Assembly: GCA_031424495.1 (NCBI GenBank)
Contig: JANPHP010000270.1
Coordinates: 10,929 to 74,928 of the forward strand
Reading direction: 5' to 3'
DNA length: 64,000 nt
Source of the DNA: Bacteroidota bacterium
GTDB lineage: Bacteria > Bacteroidota > Bacteroidia > J057 > JADKCL01
Shown piece after piece: positions 58,058 through 64,000 of the stretch; positions within the stretch are counted from its first letter, which is position 1; the number at the start of each line of letters is the position of its first letter. The position numbers and the translations under genes were made by a program. Below the pieces are notes generated by a model. It searched no databases. It was not told where the DNA came from and saw nothing but the letters and a program-made list of their open reading frames with translations.

Positions 58058-59413
58058 TCAATGTTGGATCACCAATCGTTGGGTGACTTGCTTGCCTTGC
58101 AAGTCTCTCAAGCGCAGGACATAGATTCCTTCGGCCCACAATTGGGTATCCAATTGCATATCGCCAGCCGTCGAGAGCGCATCCGAAATGGTTGCGGCAT
58201 AAACGAGCCTGCCCGATGCATCGATTACATCCAATTGACTCCCTTGCTGTGCATGCTCAAACTGTAGATGCACCGATGCATCGGCCGGAACAGGCCAAGC
58301 ACCAAGCGCCAATTCAGCCTCGTCGGTACGATTCAGGATCATCACTTCAGACGTCTGCATCTCTCCTGATTTCAGGTAGCCTTTGACACGGTAATAGATC
58401 ACAGGTGCGCTGGGGGTCGTGGCATCTTGCAAGGCCCAAGTCGTGGTCGCACCATTGTCGCTGTTTGCATCTGCGGCATCCTTGTCTCCAATGGCCGAAA
58501 ATACCTGCCCATCCAAGGAGCGCTCGACGACAAATCGATCAAACGTTTGTGCATTGCCGCTTTCCCAATCGATCTCGGCGGTGGAAGAGCTAAACCAAAT
58601 TGCGTTTGCGCTGAATTCGTTTTCAGGCAATAGCGCATCAAATATGCGGTAGCTTTCCCAGTTGCCGGCGCTCAGGTTGAATAGCCAAGCGCGGCCATTG
58701 GCATAAGAAAAGCGGAATGAGAAACTCGTGACCGTCGTCGTGGGCAACACGCTCATGCCTTGATAGGCGCCCGTGGCCTTGTTGTAAACATAGATGCGCT
58801 TGTTCACATAGTCTTCAAGGGCTATCTCCTTACCGATACACATCGTGTAACCCAGCGAGTTATTGGTGAGGTTGGAGGTTGCCACAGGCGTGCCTGTGAT
58901 TGGATATGAGCCCAAGAAGGCGTTTGTAGCCCTAGAATAACGGTAGATCGCACCAGCATTGTAATACAACACCTCATTGGTCGTGGGATCATACGCCCCA
59001 ACCGACTGTATGTTTGGCTGGGACTGCCCAGAAAAAATTAATGAACCTGAACCCAAGGCGTTTCCAGTGCCATCAAGATCACAGCGCCACATCCCAAGGT
59101 TGGCGTATCCATTGCCTTCCAATTGATTGGTACTCGGATTCCACCACAAGCCACGAAAATCCCATCCTGCCAACGTTGTATACAGTTGCGTTCCCGTAGC
59201 TGACCATGTTTCCAAAGGAAAGGTTGCATTGCCAGCACGCACGCCATAGTAGCGGCCCAAGATTGGGTTGAATGCCACCGCTGAGCAATTGAGCAAGTCA
59301 GTCGATTGGTAATCCAGAACCAGACCAGGCACTGCATTTGACAGCAGAGTGCATTGCCCGAAGGCGATGTAGTGAGTCAGCAGCAGGAAGGCAAATATGT
59401 AAACCTTGCGCAT
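58058..59413 (-). CDS. T9SS type-A cargo with unnamed N-domain
   Basis: Signal peptide ending GQ; AGNATFPLE domain; VERS.DG..F fn3-like linker; WPVPA...GIYVL CTD. Confidence 0.8.
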   Translation of the reverse strand: MRKVYIFAFLLLTHYIAFGQCTLLSNAVPGLVLDYQSTDLLNCSAVAFNPILGRYYGVRAGNATFPLETWSATGTQLYTTLAGWDFRGLWWNPSTNQLEGNGYANLGMWRCDLDGTGNALGSGSLIFSGQSQPNIQSVGAYDPTTNEVLYYNAGAIYRYSRATNAFLGSYPITGTPVATSNLTNNSLGYTMCIGKEIALEDYVNKRIYVYNKATGAYQGMSVLPTTTVTSFSFRFSYANGRAWLFNLSAGNWESYRIFDALLPENEFSANAIWFSSSTAEIDWESGNAQTFDRFVVERSLDGQVFSAIGDKDAADANSDNGATTTWALQDATTPSAPVIYYRVKGYLKSGEMQTSEVMILNRTDEAELALGAWPVPADASVHLQFEHAQQGSQLDVIDASGRLVYAATISDALSTAGDMQLDTQLWAEGIYVLRLRDLQGKQVTQRLVIQH

Positions 59414-59577
59414 AGACGTTGGACATTAGATTCTGATAAGAGGACACAACTTAGTTATTCACATTTAGAATCACAAGTGTCCAGCAAAAAATAATTGAAC
59501 CTTTTGTTCCTAAGTTTCAAAGTATTCTTCTGAATTGGTAGACTTTCACGATTTTTGCATGACTAAAAAGGAATCCA

Positions 59578-60306
59578 ATGGGAACCAGAATCACCCTCCT
59601 CGCCATTCTTCTTACATTTTTAAATTTTGCATTTTCGCAAAAACTGGTGAATTTCAAAGCCGCCGATGGGCTGGAGATTACCGCAGACCTCTATGAAGAT
59701 GCACCGGGCTCACCACTGATCATCCTCTGCCACCAAGCGGAATGGAGCCGGGGAGAATATCAAGAAACGGCAAAATGGTTCAATGAAAATCATTTTAGCT
59801 GCCTTGCAATCGATCAGCGATCGGGTGATGCGGTCAATCTAATTACCAATGAAACCGCAGAACGAGCAAAAAAAGCAGGAAAAGGTCAAGCATATCTCGA
59901 TGCAGAGCAGGACATCGTGGCAGCCGTAACTTGGGCGACGGTATATGGTGCAAAAAAGATAATCATACTCGGCAGCTCCTATTCGGCATCCTTGGCACTC
60001 AAAATCGCCAAAGAAAACCAAGCGGTCATCGGCGTGGCTGCATTCAGCCCCGGCGAATATTTTGGAGCAAAACTCAAGCTAGGTAAGGCGATCGACGGAT
60101 TGAATAAACCTACATTTATTACTGCTTCAAAATCTGAAATGATCAAAGCCAAGCAGCTCGCGACGCACGTGAACGCAACCGCACTCACGACCTATACGCC
60201 GACAACCGATGGCTACCATGGATCGCGGGCATTGTGGAGCACAAAGGAAGGATTTGAGGGCTATCGCAAGGCCTTGTTGGCGTGGTTGGTACAATTCCAA
60301 GCCTAA
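59578..60306 (+). CDS. Secreted alpha/beta hydrolase (dienelactone hydrolase-like)
   Basis: LCHQA..SRGEY, DQRSG, GSSYSA, FSPGEY, HGSRAL. Confidence 0.82.
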   Translation: MGTRITLLAILLTFLNFAFSQKLVNFKAADGLEITADLYEDAPGSPLIILCHQAEWSRGEYQETAKWFNENHFSCLAIDQRSGDAVNLITNETAERAKKAGKGQAYLDAEQDIVAAVTWATVYGAKKIIILGSSYSASLALKIAKENQAVIGVAAFSPGEYFGAKLKLGKAIDGLNKPTFITASKSEMIKAKQLATHVNATALTTYTPTTDGYHGSRALWSTKEGFEGYRKALLAWLVQFQA

Positions 60307-60329
60307 ATCGACAACTTAGCAGCCCCTTT

Positions 60330-61565
60330 TCAGCGGTCGACCTCGCCCAAAACGAAGTCAATCGAGCCCAAAATCGCAATCAAATCTGAGATCATGACGC
60401 CCCGAGAGATCTCAGGCACAACACTTAAGTTGCTAAAACTCGGAGCCCGGCATTTGCAACGCAGGGGGATGTCGCGCTTCCCATCCGCAATGAAATAAAA
60501 GCCCAATTCACCCTTGGGGTTCTCGGCTCTGCTGTAGTATTCGCCAGCTTTGGGACGCGCCTTGGGCGGACACATGGCACGCGGGTCAAAGTTGTCCCCT
60601 CGCGGATGCGCCTTTGTTAACTTTTCCACACACTGCTCAATGATCTTGAGCGACTCGGCGACTTCATCCACCCGCACTTTGTAGCGGTCCCAGCAGTCGC
60701 CGACCTTGCCCATCTCGCCGCGCCCGATGCAGACCTCAAAATCAAGCTCTGGGTAAACGGAGTAGCCGTCCAGACGCCGCAAATCCATTTTCAGGCCAGA
60801 TCCACGGAGTACGGGACCTGAGCAACCATAGTTGATCGCGACATCGAGCGGCAGCACACCCACACCTGCGGTGCGCTCCACAAAGATGAAATTTTCGGTC
60901 ATCAGGCCGTTGAGCTCGGCCAGCTTGGGTTTGAAATAGGCGACAAACTCCGCGCATCGTTCCTCAAACCCGATCGGGATGTCATAAAACAGCCCACCGA
61001 TCCACACGTAATTGTAGAGCATGCGTGCACCAGAAGCCCATTCCAGCATTTTCAAGATATGTTCGCGGTCGCGAAAACACCATAAAAAGGGGGTGATCGC
61101 GCCCACATCCAAGCCGAAGGTGCCTATCGCCACCAAGTGCGAGGCGATGCGGTTGAGCTCTGCGACCAAAACCCTGATATATTCGACGCGCTTGGGCAGC
61201 TTGCCCGTGATGCCCATCATGTCCTCGACCCCCATCACAAAGGCCCAGTTGTTGTTCATCGAGGCGAGGTAATCGAGGCGGTCGGTATAGGGAATGGTCT
61301 GCGGATAAGGCAGCGACTCGGCATGTTTTTCAAAACAGCGGTGCAAGTAGCCGAGGTGCGGGACCACTTCCAGCACGATTTCGCCGTCGGTCACGAGCTC
61401 CAAACGCAGCACACCATGCGTGCTAGGGTGCTGTGGGCCCATGTTGAGGACCATTTCCTCAGAGGCGAGGTCCTGCAAATTGGTTTTGGAGGGCGCGGAA
61501 CGGCGCAGCAACTCGGCATAGTCGAGTTCTGTGCGTTTTGCATTGGGGTGCTGGACGGCGCTCAC
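60330..61565 (-). CDS. nuoD: NADH-quinone oxidoreductase subunit D
   Basis: [37 protein letters not shown]. Confidence 0.96.
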   Translation of the reverse strand: MSAVQHPNAKRTELDYAELLRRSAPSKTNLQDLASEEMVLNMGPQHPSTHGVLRLELVTDGEIVLEVVPHLGYLHRCFEKHAESLPYPQTIPYTDRLDYLASMNNNWAFVMGVEDMMGITGKLPKRVEYIRVLVAELNRIASHLVAIGTFGLDVGAITPFLWCFRDREHILKMLEWASGARMLYNYVWIGGLFYDIPIGFEERCAEFVAYFKPKLAELNGLMTENFIFVERTAGVGVLPLDVAINYGCSGPVLRGSGLKMDLRRLDGYSVYPELDFEVCIGRGEMGKVGDCWDRYKVRVDEVAESLKIIEQCVEKLTKAHPRGDNFDPRAMCPPKARPKAGEYYSRAENPKGELGFYFIADGKRDIPLRCKCRAPSFSNLSVVPEISRGVMISDLIAILGSIDFVLGEVDR

Positions 61566-62060
61566 TCAGTAGGCAGTTTTGAAATCGTGGTAAAATTCAG
61601 GATTCACGTAGTCTTTGCGCAGCGGATGGCCGGGCCAATCCTCGGGCATGAGGATGCGTCGCAGGTCTGGATGACCTGCGAAGTGGATGCCGAGAAGGTC
61701 AAAGGCTTCGCGCTCATGCCAGTCGGCAGCGCGCCATACGTGCGCAATCGAGGGGATGGTCGGCGCGGCGTCGCCGCGCGCAGCCCAGCACTTGAGCACG
61801 ATGCGGTGCCCGCGTGTGATCGAGCGCACGTGGTAAACCACCCCGATACGAGCAGCCTCTGGCCCCTCGTCGACCCCGCTCAAGCATTCCAAAAAATCAA
61901 AATACAGCGATGGCTCATCCCGCAAAAAGGCGCAAACTGCTACCAAACTTGCTGGAGCAAGCTCCAAATAAGGCTGCGCCACCTGCAAATCGCTGCTAAG
62001 GATGGCCTCCTCACCGACCTGGGCGGCAATGGCTTGCAAAATTGAGGCGGCGGTCATCAT
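61566..62060 (-). CDS. nuoC: NADH-quinone oxidoreductase subunit C
   Basis: [26 protein letters not shown]. Confidence 0.95.
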   Translation of the reverse strand: MMTAASILQAIAAQVGEEAILSSDLQVAQPYLELAPASLVAVCAFLRDEPSLYFDFLECLSGVDEGPEAARIGVVYHVRSITRGHRIVLKCWAARGDAAPTIPSIAHVWRAADWHEREAFDLLGIHFAGHPDLRRILMPEDWPGHPLRKDYVNPEFYHDFKTAY

Positions 62061-62560
62061 GGCATTTCGGGGTTATTGGGCGTGCCCAAGCTCTGGTTGC
62101 GGATTTTTTCTTGCAGCATCATGATACCGCCGATCAGTGCCTCGGGCCGGGGTGGGCAACCGGGGATGTAGACGTCGACCGGGATCACCCTGTCTACACC
62201 TTTAAGTACATGGTAGCCATGCTCCCAATAAGGGCCGCCGCAATTTGCACAGGAGCCCATCGAGATCACGTAGCGTGGCTCGGCCATCTGCTCATACAAT
62301 CTGCGAATGCGATCTGCCATTTTGAAAGTCACTGTACCCGAGACGATCATCACGTCGCTTTGCCTGGGAGAAGGCCTTGGGAACACGCCCATGCGGTCGA
62401 GGTCATAGTGGCTGGCATTGGTGGCCATCATCTCGATGGCGCAACAAGCCAATCCAAAACCCATCGGCCACAAGGAATTGAGACGCGCCCAATTGATCAG
62501 GTCGTCTAGTCTTGCGAGCACCACGTCGGGCTCTCCGCTCTTCACATCTGAAATTCCCAT
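62057..62560 (-). CDS. nuoB: NADH-quinone oxidoreductase subunit B
   Basis: [28 protein letters not shown]. Confidence 0.96.
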   Translation of the reverse strand: MGISDVKSGEPDVVLARLDDLINWARLNSLWPMGFGLACCAIEMMATNASHYDLDRMGVFPRPSPRQSDVMIVSGTVTFKMADRIRRLYEQMAEPRYVISMGSCANCGGPYWEHGYHVLKGVDRVIPVDVYIPGCPPRPEALIGGIMMLQEKIRNQSLGTPNNPEMP

Positions 62561-62684
62561 ATTTACCCTGCAATATCTGCAATTACACCCAATGCGGAAA
62601 TCTTCACGAAATTCTTTTCCTTAACTTGTGCCTATCATTGTTGGTTTGCGTTTACTGATGTAATATTTCCGTTTTAAATTTTGA

Positions 62685-63503
62685 ATGAGAATGAAAACCC
62701 ACACACCTCGCATGTTCGTTTTACCCCTTGCCCGCTGGGCAGCGCTCTTTTGCTTGCTGTACCTCTCTGCGACGCAGGCCTTTGCGCAAGCGCCTCCCGA
62801 GTCGCTAAATGAGGAATTTTCTTATGAAATGCAGCTCGAAGACGGCACCAATGCTACCGCAGTGGCTTGGAATGGTTCCAAAGGGCACTACCTCGCGGTG
62901 ATCGCAGGCAACGCCACGTTTCCCTTGGAAATTTTTGATGGCAGTGGCAAAGCTATTGTACAGGATGAGGCAGGAAATGACTGGCGCGGCCTGTGGTATG
63001 ATGAAGGTTCCAAATCTTATGTCGGCAACGGTGCTGGAGAAAGCGGCTGGGTCAAATTCACTTTGGATGGACAAAACCGCCCCTCAGATATCACGCTTTT
63101 GAAAGAAGGCCAAAACCAACCTGATTTCCAGTCGGTTGGGGCTTATGACGCTAGCAAGAAGCAAGTCGTCTTTTTGGACTATGCCGTGGATGGATTGTCC
63201 ATGTATTCCATCAAAAACCCAAAAAAGATCAAACACCTGAACTTGGATTGGTCCAATTCTGAAATTGGCAATGTCAATAGCACCACTGTGGGCTACACGG
63301 GTCACAAGGGCTTTGAATTTGTGCTGCTCGATTACAACTTGGGCAATTTGGTTTTCTTTGACCGCACAGGTAACCAAACTGGCATGTCAAAATTGCCAGA
63401 GGACGCTCCGCTCAATGACGCGTTTGCATTTTCCTTCACCAATGATCGTGCGTTCCTCTATGACAAAGAGGGCCGTGTCTGGCATGCATACAAGGTCTGG
63501 TGA
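62685..63503 (+). CDS. Secreted hypothetical protein (unnamed domain, paralogue of 58058-59413)
   Basis: Signal peptide ending AQ; AGNATFPLE, DWRGLWY, QPDFQSVGAYD. Confidence 0.75.
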   Translation: MRMKTHTPRMFVLPLARWAALFCLLYLSATQAFAQAPPESLNEEFSYEMQLEDGTNATAVAWNGSKGHYLAVIAGNATFPLEIFDGSGKAIVQDEAGNDWRGLWYDEGSKSYVGNGAGESGWVKFTLDGQNRPSDITLLKEGQNQPDFQSVGAYDASKKQVVFLDYAVDGLSMYSIKNPKKIKHLNLDWSNSEIGNVNSTTVGYTGHKGFEFVLLDYNLGNLVFFDRTGNQTGMSKLPEDAPLNDAFAFSFTNDRAFLYDKEGRVWHAYKVW

Positions 63504-63547
63504 GACCTACGACTTCTATCCGAAATCTATATAAGACCACTTTGAAT

Positions 63548-64000
63548 ATGAAAAATTCAGTTTTCGCAGCGAAGAATTGGCTGGGTGCAGCCGTGATGTT
63601 TGCGGCACTGCTCATTGGCAACATGGCTTGGGCTCAGTCGCCGCTTGCAAAAGCAGCGCTTGCCTTTACCTACACATTTAGCAGCAGCGATGGCACCAAT
63701 GCGAGTGCTGTCACTTATGTGCCAGGCCCCAATGTCTACATTACCTGCATCGCAGGCAATTCCAACTATCCGCTTGAAGTATTCAACCGGGAAGGCAAGA
63801 CCATATCTACCGCAGGAGCTGGCATCGACTTGCGCGGCATCTGGTACAACCCAGCCACCAACAGCTTGGAAGGCAATTGCGCCGGCGAGGAAGGTTGGTT
63901 CTCCACCCCCCTCAACGCCCAAGGCATTCCGAGCGGAGACTGGTCGCTCATCCGTCAGGGGCAACTGCAACCTGATTTCCAATCGGTGATGAGCTATATC
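63548..64000 (+). CDS. Secreted hypothetical protein, third paralogue, 3'-truncated (absent from the ORF track)
   Basis: Manual translation MKNSVFAAK...AWAQ...DGTNASAV...AGNSNYPLE...DLRGIWY...QPDFQSV, open to the window end. Confidence 0.75.
   Translation, partial: MKNSVFAAKNWLGAAVMFAALLIGNMAWAQSPLAKAALAFTYTFSSSDGTNASAVTYVPGPNVYITCIAGNSNYPLEVFNREGKTISTAGAGIDLRGIWYNPATNSLEGNCAGEEGWFSTPLNAQGIPSGDWSLIRQGQLQPDFQSVMSYI

Noticed and set aside
60330..62560. Group 4 [NiFe]-hydrogenase
   Set aside because: The large subunit lacks the Ni-binding CxxC pairs, and NuoB has the complex I CC motif
1..64000. tRNA/rRNA genes, integrase, intact transposase, prophage
   Set aside because: No cloverleaf or rRNA signatures and no recombinase or phage structural motifs recognised by eye; a covariance-model scan would be needed to exclude small ncRNAs

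Overview
64-kb chromosomal window from a Bacteroidota bacterium, inferred from seven T9SS C-terminal-domain cargo proteins, TAnnTTTG -7 promoter boxes and Gln after signal peptides. Housekeeping and conserved loci are aroA (partial), an ECF sigma factor with a CarH/LitR-like B12-binding MerR regulator, the RDD/SpoIIM/DUF4129/DUF4350/MoxR/DUF58 cluster, nadE, feoAB, ndh and nuoBCD. These are mixed with many secreted or hypothetical genes and several families of intergenic REP-like and short tandem repeats. I found no rRNA, tRNA, CRISPR array or intact transposase. Best candidates for undescribed biology: (1) a five-gene lipoprotein / DUF1501-like / CX4CH-cytochrome operon divergent from feoAB across a Fur-box-like palindrome; (2) a standalone two-gene ABC-ATPase + TOPRIM-like (MAD3/MAD4-like) putative defence cassette behind nadE; (3) three paralogues of an unnamed secreted domain flanking nuoBCD; (4) CarH-type operator repeats at a CarH-ECF pair with no adjacent carotenoid genes. 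All family calls come from motif recognition by eye; no database searches were run.
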